Origin: Macrostomum lignano
Taxonomy: Eukaryota
Direction of reading: 5' to 3'
Assembly (NCBI GenBank): GCA_002269645.1
Contig: NIVC01000799.1
Span: 1-64,000, forward strand
Length of the DNA: 64,000 nt
The translations under genes were made by a program, and so were the position numbers. This document shows positions 49,286 to 64,000 of the stretch, in pieces (the stretch's first letter is position 1; every line of letters begins with the position of its first letter). A model generated the notes under the pieces. It had not been told where the DNA came from and did no database searches. It was given only the letters and a program-made list of their open reading frames with translations.

Positions 49286-49620
49286 GGGGGTTGTAGCCTT
49301 GTGGTTAGAGCGTGGGACTAACGACTTGAAGGTCGGGGGTTCGATTCCCAATCCCACTGGAACAAATTGTGTCCTTGAGCAAGGCACTTAACTCTGCATT
49401 GCTTCAGTTCACCCAGCTGTAAAATGGGTGCCAGCATTAGCTGGGGTAATTGAGGGTGTGTGGCGACCCCCCCCCCCCCAGTCCTTGGACTGAACAGCCG
49501 TACGCAGCCTTCAGATACGCCACGCAATAGCTGCGGCTGAGCTGTCGGTTGCACATCTGCCCAAATGGGGATGGTGTAATTAATTATTATTGTTATTTAA
49601 TTAATTAATATAATTATTTA
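49286..49620 (+). mobile_element. tRNA-derived SINE family A, near full length, with a CORE-like central block
   Basis: GGGGGTTGTAGCCTTGTGGTTAGAGCG (A box), GGTTCGATTCCC (B box), then TTGTGTCCTTGAGCAAGGCACTTAACTC...CAGCTGTAAAATGGG resembling the MIR/CORE block, and an AT-rich tail. Confidence 0.8.
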
Positions 49621-50029
49621 CATCAAGTTATTTAAATACGATTTATGGAAAGACGGTCTGATTAGTATTGACATAAAACTTCGTGAAACTTCATTAAATC
49701 TATTCTGAATTTTGAAAATGATTTAAAATCACCTGTGAGAAGCAGATATGCTGGAGTCTACGTGAGAGAGAAAGTGGATAGACACGCACAGAATAAATAC
49801 CATTGGCTTTGCAACATGGCGTTTCGATAAGAGTGAAAGCAATGCTGTTGCTGATAGATAAGACTGTCAAAATGCACATGGTTTTAGCTCATTAATTTTA
49901 AACGTTTTAAAGAGTTCTCTTACATTGACATGGGCAGAAGAGTGGTAGTCAGGTGCTCAGCTGATCAGTGCGAAACTGCACCAGTTACTCAAGGCAGTAA
50001 GTTGCAGCTGCTCAAACAGCAGCCGCATC

Positions 50030-53241
<3,212 letters not shown>

Positions 53242-53244
53242 GGC

Positions 53245-53830
53245 GAGTTGCTTGTGTCCTTGCTGAGTGCGTGTGTCCTTTCTGAGTGCGTGTGTCCTTG
53301 CTGAGTGCGTGTGTCCTTTCTGAGTGCGTGTGTCCTTGCTGAGTGCGCGTGTGTCCTTTCTGAGTGCGTGTGTCCTTGCTGAGTGCGTGTGTCCTTTCTG
53401 AGTGCGTGTGTTCTTTCTGAGTGCGTGTGTCCTTGCTGAGTGCGTGTGTCCTTTCTGAGTGCGTGTGTCCTTGCTGAGTGCGTGTGTGTCCTTTCTGAGT
53501 GCGTGTGTCCTTGCTGAGTGCGTGTGTCCTTGCTGAGTGCGTGTGTCCTTGATAAGTGCGTGTGTCCTTGCTGAGTGCGTGTGTCCTTGCTGAGTGCGTG
53601 TGTCCTTGATGAGTGCGTGTGTCCTTTCTGAGTGCGTGTGTGTCCTTGCTGAGTGCGTGTGTCCTTTCTGAGTGCGTGTGTTCTTTCTGAGTGCGTGTGT
53701 CCTTTCTGAGTGCGTCTGTCCTTTCTGAGTGCGTGTGTTCTTTCTGAGTGCGTGTGTCCTTGCTGAGTGCGTGTGTCCTTTCTGAGTGCGTGTGTCCTTG
53801 CTGAGTGCGTGTGTGTCCTTTCTGAGTGCT
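53245..53830. repeat. 19-21-bp minisatellite (GAGTGCGTGTGTCCTT(G/T)CT)n
   Basis: About 29 copies starting just after the transporter stop codon. Confidence 0.95.
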
Positions 53831-54009
53831 TAAATGTCCCAATGCACTATTCAGGACTCAACATAGCCAAAATTGTCAGTATTCACAGTGAACATTAATT
53901 TTGCCATAAAATGCAGATTTTGTAAAGCGAGTAAATAAAATTGTTTTCTGGTTTCCTTTGTTATTGCCTTTCTATAAATTTCTTTAACTTACAGTTGAGT
54001 TTATCTTAT

Positions 54010-54350
54010 GGGGTGCCGTAGCCCAGTGGTCTGGCGCGGCGCTCTGGTGTGCCAGCGGCCCAGGCTCGATTCCAAGTGCAGTCACATTAATTTGGGGCTA
54101 AATTGGAATCTCGGCTTGGCTCTGCTCGTGCAATGCAATTAACGGCCTTGAAGGCCAACCCCCCCCCCAAGGCACAGTGAAGTGTACATGCCTAACGATA
54201 AATAAAGTTCGGGCCGCTGTACACTCCTGTGTGAGAGTGTGCCTGTGCGTATGACTGCGTACGTATCCGCGCGCTTGTGTGCCTGCTCAGGGGAGTCGGC
54301 AGAATTGGCAGCAATGCCTCTCGCCAGTTGTGTGACAGCTTGCAATCAGC
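54010..54350 (+). mobile_element. tRNA-derived SINE family B, long copy
   Basis: GGGGTGCCGTAGCCCAGTGG (A box) and GGCTCGATTCC (B-box-like). The body is shared with 40250-40405 and the 3' part (inverted) with 27003-27134. Confidence 0.75.
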
Positions 54351-54639
54351 GCCCCCCCCCGTTGGGGAGCCAACGAAGAATGTAACTAGCAGTAAAAAAT
54401 TGAATATGCTGCATGTACGAGCTTCGTAGCTTCTGACCTCTCAGCAATTCCCACGTAAGCCTTGACAGCTCTGCGATTCTCCTCAAGAGTCGCAGCATTA
54501 TAGCAATTCCCAAATTAATATTTTATGTTTGACATGAGGCTTCATTTTTTGGCATGGCGCTTCAAGTGCGCCAGAGTGCATACGGTCCTCCTCCAGACTA
54601 AAAGCGTCTGACACCATTGCGTCGTATATGACAGCGCTT

Positions 54640-55775
54640 CATCATCTGACACTATTCAACTGCATCTGACACTATCGCACTGCATCTCAAACTATTGCAC
54701 TGCATCTGACACTATCGCACTGCATCTGACACTATCGCACTGCATCTGACACTATTGCACTGCATCTGACACTATTGCACTGCATCTGACACTATTGCAC
54801 TGCATCTGACACTATTGCACTGCATCTGACACTATTGCACTGCATCTGACACTATTCAACTGCACCTGACACTATCGCACTGCATCTGACACTATTGCAC
54901 TGCATCTGACACTATCGCACTGCATCTGACACTATTGCACTGCATCTGACACTATTCAACTGCACCTGACACTATTCAACTGCATCTGACACTATTGCAC
55001 TGCATCTGACACTATTGCACTGCATCTGACACTATTCAACTGCATCTGACACTATTGCACTGCATCTGACACTATTGCACTGCATCTGACACTATTGCAC
55101 TGCATCTGACACTATCGCACTGCATCTGACACTATTGCACTGCATCTGACACTATTGCACTGCATCTGACACTATCGCACTGCATCTGACACTATTGCAC
55201 TGTATCTGACAGTATCGCACTGCATCTGACACTATTGCACTGTATCTGACACTATTGCACTGCATCTGACACTATTGCACTGCATCTGACACTATTGCAC
55301 TGCATCTGACACTATTGCACTGCATCTGACACTATTGCACTGCATCTGACACTATTCAACTGCATCTGACACTATTGCACTGCATCTGACACTATTGCAC
55401 TGCATCTGACACTATTGCACTGCATCTGACACTATTGCACTGCATCTGACACTATCGCACTGCATCTGACACTATTGCACTGCATCTGACACTATTTCAC
55501 TGTATCTGAAACTATCGCACTGCATCTGACACTATTGCACTGTATCTGACACTATTGCACTGCATCTGACACTATCGCACTGCATCTGACACTATTGCAC
55601 TGCATCTGACACTATTGCACTGTATCTGACACTATCGCACTGCATCTGACACTATTGCACTGCATCTGACACTATTGCACTGCATCTGACACTATTGCAC
55701 TGCATCTGACACTATTGCACTGCATCTGACACTATTGCACTGCATTTGACACTATTGCACTGCATATGACACTAT
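54640..55775. repeat. 20-bp minisatellite (GCACTGCATCTGACACTATT)n
   Basis: About 56 tandem copies. Confidence 0.97.
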
Positions 55776-56270
55776 AGATATTCCTTAGGAGCGCAGAAAC
55801 CAAACAAATCATTGATGCCACTTGTCAATCTGCATTCCAAGCTTGATGCAATTAAACAGAGCTAATTAAAAAAGCTTTGCAGTAAATTTGCACATGCACC
55901 AATATATTCCATATTTGGCATTAATTGCATTAATAAAACTGTCTAATTAACAAATAAATACGGACAGCAGAGCTGACAAAGTGACTCAAACGCGCAATGT
56001 AAATCAGAGAGCACTACTTCGAAGTATAAGTACAAAGAGAACTTATTTTCAAGTGACGGCCTCAGACCACAGGGAACCAATAAAAGAGTTGTTAAACTTA
56101 GAGACCTCAGCACGGACTGTTTTGACACTATTTCGTTTCAGAGTAAAAGCTCAAAGTAGAAATTGTTGGCTTCGGCAAAAAATATTCCCTAACGTGAAAG
56201 TCGCTTCGGGGCTTCTAAATCCAGTGAAGTTTTGCACCGAGCAAATTCAGCGAATGAAATGCTGCACATA

Positions 56271-57065
56271 CTACTGAGAGTTGGCCAGTCGCCAGAAATC
56301 AACGAATCGGCCAGTTGCATCCAGCTGGCGCGGGTCCAGCGCTGCCTGCTGATAGCCCGGATGGTGGCACTCCTCCTGAGTAGGATGGTAGGTCGGGAGT
56401 TCGATTCCAGCGGACGCGGGACACCGGACCGGAGCTGCAACCGGAGCGGCGATCGCGGGCTGAGGACTCCAGGCTATCGAGCTCAGGTCATCCGGCAGGC
56501 AGTCCTCCTCGCTTCCCGGAGGCTGCTGATGCTGCTGCTCAGGATGCTGCTGCTGCTGCTGCTGCAGGTGATGATGAGGCGCCAGGAGTCTGGGATTGAC
56601 CTGCAGCGAGCCGGCCAGCAGGTTGGCGGTGCTCTGCGACAGGCCGCTGGTCAGGGTGCGGGCGAACGCCAGCGGGTCCGGTGGCTGCCCGGACCGGAGG
56701 ATGTCGCCCAGCGCCAGGATGTAGTTCCTGGACAGGCGCAGCGTCTCAATCTTGCTCAGCCGGTGCGCCTGGGCGCCGCACGGGACGTAGCGACGCAGCG
56801 TGTCCAGCGCCTCGTTCAGCCCGTGCATGCGGCTGCGTTCGCGCGCGTTGGCGCGCACCCGGCGCTGGCGCAGCTTCGCCACGCGCTCCGGCGTCATCTG
56901 CTTCTTCTTGGGGCCGCGCTTCTTGGGCACGCGGACCGCGGCTGCCGGCTCCGATGAAGGTTCTGCTGCTCCCGCTGCTGCTGCTTTAGCTGACTTCTTT
57001 TTCCGCTCCTTGGCCGGAGGCGCAGCAGCCGCGGGCAGTGCGGAGTTCTCCTTGGATGACGTCAT
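56271..57065 (-). CDS. NEUROD: NeuroD-family bHLH transcription factor, single coding exon (upstream in-frame ATGs extend the ORF to 57149)
   Basis: [49 protein letters not shown]...[25 protein letters not shown]...[26 protein letters not shown] is the NeuroD basic region, HLH and NeuroD-specific domain. Confidence 0.95.
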   Translation of the reverse strand: MTSSKENSALPAAAAPPAKERKKKSAKAAAAGAAEPSSEPAAAVRVPKKRGPKKKQMTPERVAKLRQRRVRANARERSRMHGLNEALDTLRRYVPCGAQAHRLSKIETLRLSRNYILALGDILRSGQPPDPLAFARTLTSGLSQSTANLLAGSLQVNPRLLAPHHHLQQQQQQHPEQQHQQPPGSEEDCLPDDLSSIAWSPQPAIAAPVAAPVRCPASAGIELPTYHPTQEECHHPGYQQAALDPRQLDATGRFVDFWRLANSQ

Positions 57066-58087
57066 TCGCTGCGGTCCGTCTGGAGGTGCAAAATTTGAAG
57101 CGGAGTGCAGATAGCATGAATTTTTATGCATATATATGGCTATACTCAAGGCAGATGCTGCTGAGATGATGAAGCTATTGGTGGAAGCTGCGAGGAGCTC
57201 ATGACTGGCTGGCGTCCCCCTCCCTACTGCGCCCAGCGCATCCCTTAATTAGCCCGCCCCGAGCCGCCATTGTCCCATCAATTACTCTTGGGGATTCTCG
57301 TCTTGCTGGTTGTCCCTTCGAGCAAGAGAAGCTCCCGGGCTAGCGGCAGTCTTTGCGCAACCCCCCCCCGGCCTCCCCGCTGTGCCTCCCCGGCCTCCCC
57401 GCCGAGCTGGGAGCGTTTTGATCAGAAAGATTCTCCTCATCCCCGGGCTAGTTTGATCCCGGCGACTTTGAGCTGACGCCAAGAGTTTGAGACGTCGGGA
57501 AGTCGCGTGGCTTGACACGTCCTGACAATGGGATTTATCGCGCCGGCTATTGTTAGGGAAATTGATCCTATTAGACAGTGGTTGCAACAACAGCGCCGCC
57601 TCCTTGCCTTTCTCTTTCTTTCCTAGAATGGCTATCTAGTTTGGTCACGTGATCCTGGCTGGCTGGCATCAATCAAAACTTCGGGGGGAAGGGAGGCAGT
57701 GCTGCGAGGGTAACTAAGACTGATTTGAGCAGCAGCTATAGTTGGTCTTTGTGTGCTCATGCGCCTTTTTATCGGCGCAATCCTGACAAAGACTCAGCGA
57801 AGCGATAAGCAAAATGGATCGCTGATTTGATTTGACTCTCTCCCAGTCCCAGTTCGGCGCGGGGGTTACCGAAGGAAAATAAAAAAAGAGATTGAAGATG
57901 CAGATCGCTGGGAAGTTTCAGCTTCGAATCATTTATCTAAATAGCTGATGTCGGGCTCTCCTGTCTGTGCGTGATTCACCCCAGGAGCCTCACTGGAATG
58001 CATAATCAAATTTCTGGTCCGAATTTTAAGGCTCAGATGGAAGCTCAGGAACTGCAGTGACTCATGCTGCTGCTTTCTCTTATCCTT

Positions 58088-58632
58088 ATGCGAGAATCGC
58101 CCCCCGCGAGAATCGCCCCCCGCGAGAATCGCCCCCATGCGATAATCGCCTCCCGCTAGAATCGCCTCCCGCGAGAATCGCCTCCCGCGAGAATCGCCTC
58201 CGCGAGAATCGCCTCCCGCTAGAATCGCCCCCGCGAGAATCGCCCCCATGCGATAATCGCCTCCCGCTAGAATCGCCTCCCGCGAGAATCGCCTCCCGCG
58301 AGAATCGCCTCCCGCGAGAATCGCCTCCCGCTAGAATCGCCCCCGCGAGAATCGCCCCCCGCGAGAATCGCCCCCGCGAGAATCACCCCCGCGAGAATCG
58401 CCCCCGCGAGAATCGCCTCCCGCTAGAATCGCCCCCGCGAGAATCGCCCCCATGCGATAATCGCCTCCCGCTAGAATCGCCTCCCGCGAGAATCGCCTCC
58501 CGCGAGAATCGCCTCCCGCGAGAATCGCCTCCCGCTAGAATCGCCCCCGCGAGAATCGCCCCCGCGAGAATCGCCCCGCGAGAATCACCCCGCGAGAATC
58601 ACCCCGCGAGAATCGCCCCCCCCAAGAATCGC
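58088..58632. repeat. GC-rich ~16-17-bp minisatellite (CGCGAGAATCGCC(T/C)CC)n with higher-order blocks
   Basis: Tandem copies visible; a CCATGCGATAATCGCCTCCCGCTAG block recurs three times. Confidence 0.93.
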
Positions 58633-60759
58633 CCCAAGGTAGGTAGATAGAGATGGATAAACACTACTATAACTTGGGCCCTTACCTGGGACATAATTGG
58701 CATGACTAGCATTGTGCAAATGCCCCGGGCAAGTTATCAAGGCCAATTTTAGTTGTCATGCCGCCCCTAAGAGGCAAAACGCAGTTATTGATTTCTCCCA
58801 ACCGTTCCGTTTTTACCTGTAGGCGATATTTTTAATTAACCCCCCCCTCCCTGTTGCTCCTCTTGGTCATCACTGTTTGCCTCTTCAACCTACTCGAACC
58901 GCCCCCTCCCGCCTTTGCTATGCCTCCCCTCCCTTATCTCTCGCCCTCTCTCCAAGTCTCTAATCTGTTAATTCTTCTGCTTCAAGCCCAATCAAATATT
59001 AAACAATGCTGACAAAAATCTTAACTCAACTGATAATTACTGCCTTATCTGGGACACGCTGTTTCCAAGGCCTCTTTTGTTTGCTATTGTTTGACGGATC
59101 TTGCTGCCAACGGCACAGAACCGGAGCTCTCAATCACGGAAGTTCTTCACTCCCGCCACCCCATTTTATTTTCCCAGCTCCCCAGCCGTTTCTACTTTGA
59201 TTGACAACCCTATACTGATAAAGCCGAGTCGGAGCCACGGAGGGTCAGACTGAGAGCAAGGAGAGGCTTCACTGCGGCACATCTGGCGTTAGGTTTTGGG
59301 AATTCTTTTAACTTCTTTAAGGGTTTTTTCCTGGGAATTTGTAATCAATATTTGCGCAAGGAATCGCATTTTTTGCTATTATACAATGTCTACACGACTC
59401 CGGTTCTGCCCAGAGACCGCAGCCGACAAAGATTGCGAGATTGCGTTCATTTTTCGGTGACGCAACAGTATAAGCTGTCAAATGCAGACTCCGGCGCTGC
59501 ATCTCAAGCATCATCTTCTGCTAAGGCTCAGAACTCATCATTTCCTAGAACTGAACCCCCTGTTTTATTTGACAAATTCGGAGACTTAGCAACAGAGCTT
59601 TTGGTGTGTTGTTGACAGAATCTGGGGCGCTTTGGCTGTTTCTAATTGAAATTGGAATTTTTGCCAGAGTACCCCCGAGGCGAGGCCACTAGCTGTGATG
59701 GGCATTGTTGTTAGCCAGTGCTCACAAGCACCCCTATTTGAGTCCCCTGTTCTAACGCGGTCGGGAGTGAAGTGGGTGCAGTTAGGAAACCGGTGCTGAA
59801 GAGGCTCTCTGTGAGATCTCAGAGCCTGGAAGGCAACTGGTAGTCTGATGAGGCTACTTTGGCTTTTATATTTGGTTGCCAAGGGGGTTATTAATGAAAA
59901 TCGTTCAATAAACTCGCCCACTGTCCACTTTATGCCGCCCTTGCCTTGAAGGCGGGCAGCCGGACCGCCACTGCCAAGTCAAACACGGAACTGCCCGACC
60001 GTTGCTGTCAGATCTTGTCAGCTCGGACTTAACCTCCCTGATGCTCATCTGTGCTTTATGATGACCGCTTCCCCGCGCGTTCCCCTACCCCTGGCCCCGT
60101 TATTACAGCCACACCAGGCCGGCTGCCAACTCTGTGTTCGATAGGAAATGAGGTCTTGGCGGGGGGGGGGGTCTGGCTCTCGGCAACAGTGGCGGGACTG
60201 TCTCCATTAAGTCCCCCCCTAGCTGTAGCTATATGGGAATATAGGGGAGATTTCTCCCCGAGAGTAGCCCTTCGCGTCCCGTTGTTTCCGCTTGAATGGA
60301 TCTTCGACCCCCCCACTCTAAACACCCCCTGACCGCTCCCATAGCGATCTGGGGCTGCGGTGGGTCACTAAAAGATAAAAATTGCTATGCCATTAATTTC
60401 TTCTACTAGGAGGCTCACGCGACTTTTGAATAATAATAATAATAAGACAGACAGTTTGGCCTGAGTCCAACTGATTCTGCGATGCAGGACCACCAGCGAG
60501 AAGGCGGATTTCACGCCTCTCGGACTGTGGCCCTGTTTAATCTGAGGAGTCAACAATCTAATATTTGGGCAGTATGGGATTTGATTTACCGATCTTCGGT
60601 TTTTATTGACGATTGATCAATAATTTGCTGTGGAAAAGCTTTCATTGCGATTTTTTAATTGACCATTCTAATTATCAGGTGGATTATGCTTTGGTTGCTA
60701 CTCTCTGATTCCATGATCTCAGTTTCAATTCCTTCTCAATCTTAATCTTATACAAAGTC

Positions 60760-61230
60760 TCATCCAAAACCTCAGTCTCATGTCATTCAAAATTTCACCC
60801 TTAATCTCATCCTAAACCTCATCCGAAATCTCACCCTCAATCTCATCCTAACTTCTCACTCTAAATCTCATCTGAAATCTCACCCTTAATCTCATCCTAA
60901 ATTCTCACTCTAAATCTCATCTGAAATCTCACCCTCAATTTCATCCTAAATTCTCACTCTAAATCTCATCTGAAGTCTCATCTGAAGTCTCATCCTCAAT
61001 CTCACCCAAAATCTCACCCTCAATCTCATTCAAAATCTCACCCTCACTCTCATCCAAAATATCATCCGAAATCTCACCCTCAATTTCACCTTCAAGCTGA
61101 TCCGAAATCTCACCCTAAGTAGCATCCAAAATGTCACAAATTAATCTCACACTTAATCTCACCCTCTTTAGAAATCTCATCCGAAATCTCACAAAGAATC
61201 TAACAACTAATTTCACTCTCAATCCCATTC
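60760..61230. repeat. Degenerate AAATCTCACCCTCAATCTCATC-type repeat
   Basis: Recurrent ATCTCA motifs at an irregular period. Confidence 0.8.
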
Positions 61231-61689
61231 TCAATCCCGTTATCTACTCCACAAGTGAAGAAGCAAATAAAACAAATTGAGTTGTTTGCTCACCAGTGCT
61301 GCAGTAGAATTCCCAGCCGAGCGCAGAGCAGAATGCAAGGCAGATGGATGGATTTGGCAGCACAAGAAAATTTCTTTGGACAGCTGTGGCGGCAGCTCCT
61401 GCTGAGGATTTATTTATCTCACCGAGCTGCCCGAACTGGGCCGGAGGCCACCCACCCCAGGGGGTCCCCCCGGAGTTGAGTAGGAGTGGGGTGGATGAGC
61501 AGTTCGCGGCCAATGGTAACAAGGGACAGCTTATCTTCTAGGAGAGGCAAGCAAAGGAGAGAATTGCTTTGCAAGAGGACTGGAGAGCCGTCTCCGGAGG
61601 GGAAAGTGACTTTGAGTTGGTTGAAGTTCAAGCAATGTCGTGAGGGGACTCAAAAAATTATACAAGACTGACAATGAACTAAATCTACT

Positions 61690-62330
61690 ACAAGATGAGA
61701 TGAGAGAGATAGAGAGGTAAGGGAAGAGAGAGAGGGGTGAGATTGGAGATGAGAGATACACAAGTGAGAGATGAGAGATACACAGGTGAGATAAGATATG
61801 AGAGAGATAGATAGGTAAGGGATGAGAGAGAGGGTGAGATTGGAGATGAGAGATACACAGGTAAGATATGAGAGAAAGGGTGAGATAAGATATGAGAGAG
61901 ATGGATAGGTAAGGGATGAGAGAGAGGGTGAGATTGGAGATGAGAGATACACAGGTAAGAGATGAGAGAAAGGGTGAGATAGGAGATGAGAGAGATTGAT
62001 AGGTAAGGGATGAGAGAGAGGGTGAGATTGGAGATGAGAGATACACAGGTAAGAGATGAGAGAAAGGGTGAGATAGGAGATGAGAGAGATAGATAAGTAA
62101 GACATGAGAGAGAGGGTGAGATTGGAGATGAGAGATACACAGGTAAGAGATGAGAGAAAGGGTGAGATAGGAGATGAGAGAGATAGATAGGTAAGGGATG
62201 AGAGAGAGGGTGAGATTGGAGATGAGAGATACACAGGTAAGAGATGAGAGAAAGGATGAGATAGTGAGCTAAGAGATGAGAAATATGTTAAGACAGAAGA
62301 TGAGATAGGTAATGAGAGGGGATGAGACAG
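61690..62330. repeat. GA-rich ~94-bp higher-order tandem repeat
   Basis: GGTGAGATTGGAGATGAGAGATACAC recurs at a ~94-bp period. Confidence 0.88.
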
Positions 62331-63134
62331 AATGTTGCGATATGGATGAGACGCAATCCCAGAAAGCGGTTGCAGAAAAAGGCAAAGTACAGGCAACTAA
62401 AATTAAAGCTTTAAAAAGCAGACGAGCATAAAAAAGTTTCGAGTGCAGATTTGTTCTCCCAGTCTGAGTTCACAGCTGTGACAATTGGAATCACAGTAAT
62501 TAATTAACTATGGTCTGAGTCTCGGTCACCGGACTCCCAGAGTCCTGGAGACTGGTTGAAATTGAACAGGACTCAAGCAAGTCCTTGGAATTCACACCTC
62601 AAACAATGGGAGTTCTCTGTTAAAGAGAATTTTTGCATGGAATTTTTCTGCCCCCCGAACAAAGCCAAAGTAAACCTGTAGATCGAGCTTCCGATCTCTG
62701 GCTCTCGTATTGCCCCATCTAATGACTGGGGAGTGAAACTCAATACCTAGTCCTAATGGCCTACCTAGCATTAGAGCTTTACATTAGCTGGGGGGTGGCT
62801 ACTATACATTAACACAAATAGCGGTCAGAGTTGTTGTAACTTGAGCTGAAAATATTTGGCTGTCCCAGTGCCATACAAGCCGGACATTAATTAGACTGGC
62901 GCTCATGGTCTCCGGGGATTATTGTTGCTAAGGGGCTGGGGGAGAGAGAGCGATATCAGGAAGTGAAAAACTTCATCTGTGGATGGCTTCCAGTTCGGGG
63001 AATAATATTGGGCTGGCTTATCTTTTAATCTTTTTCTACGTTGTCTTGCCTCTCTTCTGCTTCTGTCTCTCTCCCTTTCACCCTCTTTCACTCTCCCCTT
63101 CTCAACTCTTCTCACCTCTTTTCATCCCTTCTCA

Positions 63135-63620
63135 ATGCCTATGAGCATTTTCTCTCCCCTCCCTTCCCAATGCTCTACCTTCTTCTCTCCCCTCCCTTCC
63201 CAATGCTCTACCTTCTTCTCTCCCCTCCCTTCCCAATGCCCTACCTTCTTCTCTCCCCTCCCTTCCCAATGCTCTACCTTCTTCTCTCCCCTCCCTTCCC
63301 AATGCTCTACCATCTTCTCTCCCCTCCCTTCCCAATGCTCTACCTTCTTCTCTCCCCCTCCCTTCCCAATGCCCTACCATCTTCTCTCCCCTCCCTTCCC
63401 ATTGCCCTACCTTCTTCTCTCCCCCTCCCTTCCCAATGCCCTACCATCTTCTCTCCCCTCCCTTCTCAATGCTCTACCTTCTTCTCTCCCCTCCCTTCTC
63501 AATGCTTATGAGCATTTTCTCTCCCCTCCCTTCCCAATGCTCTATCTTCTCTTCTCTCCCTTCCCAATGCTCTATCTTCTCTTCTCTCCCTTCCCAATGC
63601 TCCACCTTCTCTTCTCTCCC
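63135..63620. repeat. 33-bp pyrimidine-rich minisatellite (CCCAATGCTCTACCTTCTTCTCTCCCCTCCCTT)n
   Basis: About 13 copies. Confidence 0.92.
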
Positions 63621-64000
63621 TTCTGTCTTTATCTGTCTCCACCTCCACTCCCCCTTTTTTCAACTAGCCTTTCTCCCCTTCCCAATGCCGCACACGAATC
63701 TGTAATTAATAACCGACTGTCTATTGACACGCAATAGTATTTTCGAACACTCTCTGTTTAAACACCGTTTTTGGCAGCCAACTTTGCTAACAAGAAGAGT
63801 TTCATATTTTCATATTTAATTTGAGACACTATATTGTAGAAATGCAGTCCGACTTGGTCACGGAGTCTGGTTATAGATTAAATGAATTTTTTATACCTCT
63901 CAACAAAGTGGACCTACACAATAACAATGATTATAATATTAATATACATGTATGCCAATCGCTAGGAGAATTCAGTTGAGCGCAGCTGAGTTGTCATTGC

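Noticed and set aside
49286-49360. Possible tRNA genes (also ~40550 and ~54010)
   Set aside because: They have A/B boxes but no complete cloverleaf, and they continue into shared SINE bodies.
59500-63000. Possible decayed minus-strand LINE fragments (e.g. HCLRCEF near 62600)
   Set aside because: Only isolated weak motifs; I could not support a call without a database search.

Overview
Eukaryotic (metazoan) genomic DNA with spliceosomal GT-AG introns, GC-rich exons with poly-Ala/Gln runs and more than 20 distinct minisatellite arrays. The style suggests a free-living flatworm such as Macrostomum, but that is inference only. Genes I could reconstruct by hand: a 2-exon NR0B (SHP/DAX1)-like nuclear receptor lacking a zinc-finger DBD (3780-6243 +); a secreted PAN/apple + C-type lectin gene with an internal TAG (27310-28062 -); two exons of SEC22B (37078-38796 +; first exon not found); a 7-exon AAK1/BMP2K-type kinase with a 1-nt frameshift (40813-45427 +); a 3-exon divergent POT/SLC15 transporter (50030-53241 +); and a NeuroD bHLH gene (56271-57065 -). 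Mobile DNA: a degenerate APE-RT-RNase H LINE, a deleted Tc1/IS630-like element with ~320-bp TIRs, a head-to-tail pair of ~2.2-kb TG...CA LTR-like units joined by only 2 nt, two tRNA-derived SINE families, several MITEs (including 40-51-bp hAT-like mini-elements with 8-bp TSDs) and a strongly CpG-depleted 2.7-kb island. Most long ORFs in the supplied track are artefacts of tandem repeats. No CRISPR array or other prokaryotic system is supported. All exon models and alignments are by eye, and repeat boundaries are approximate.
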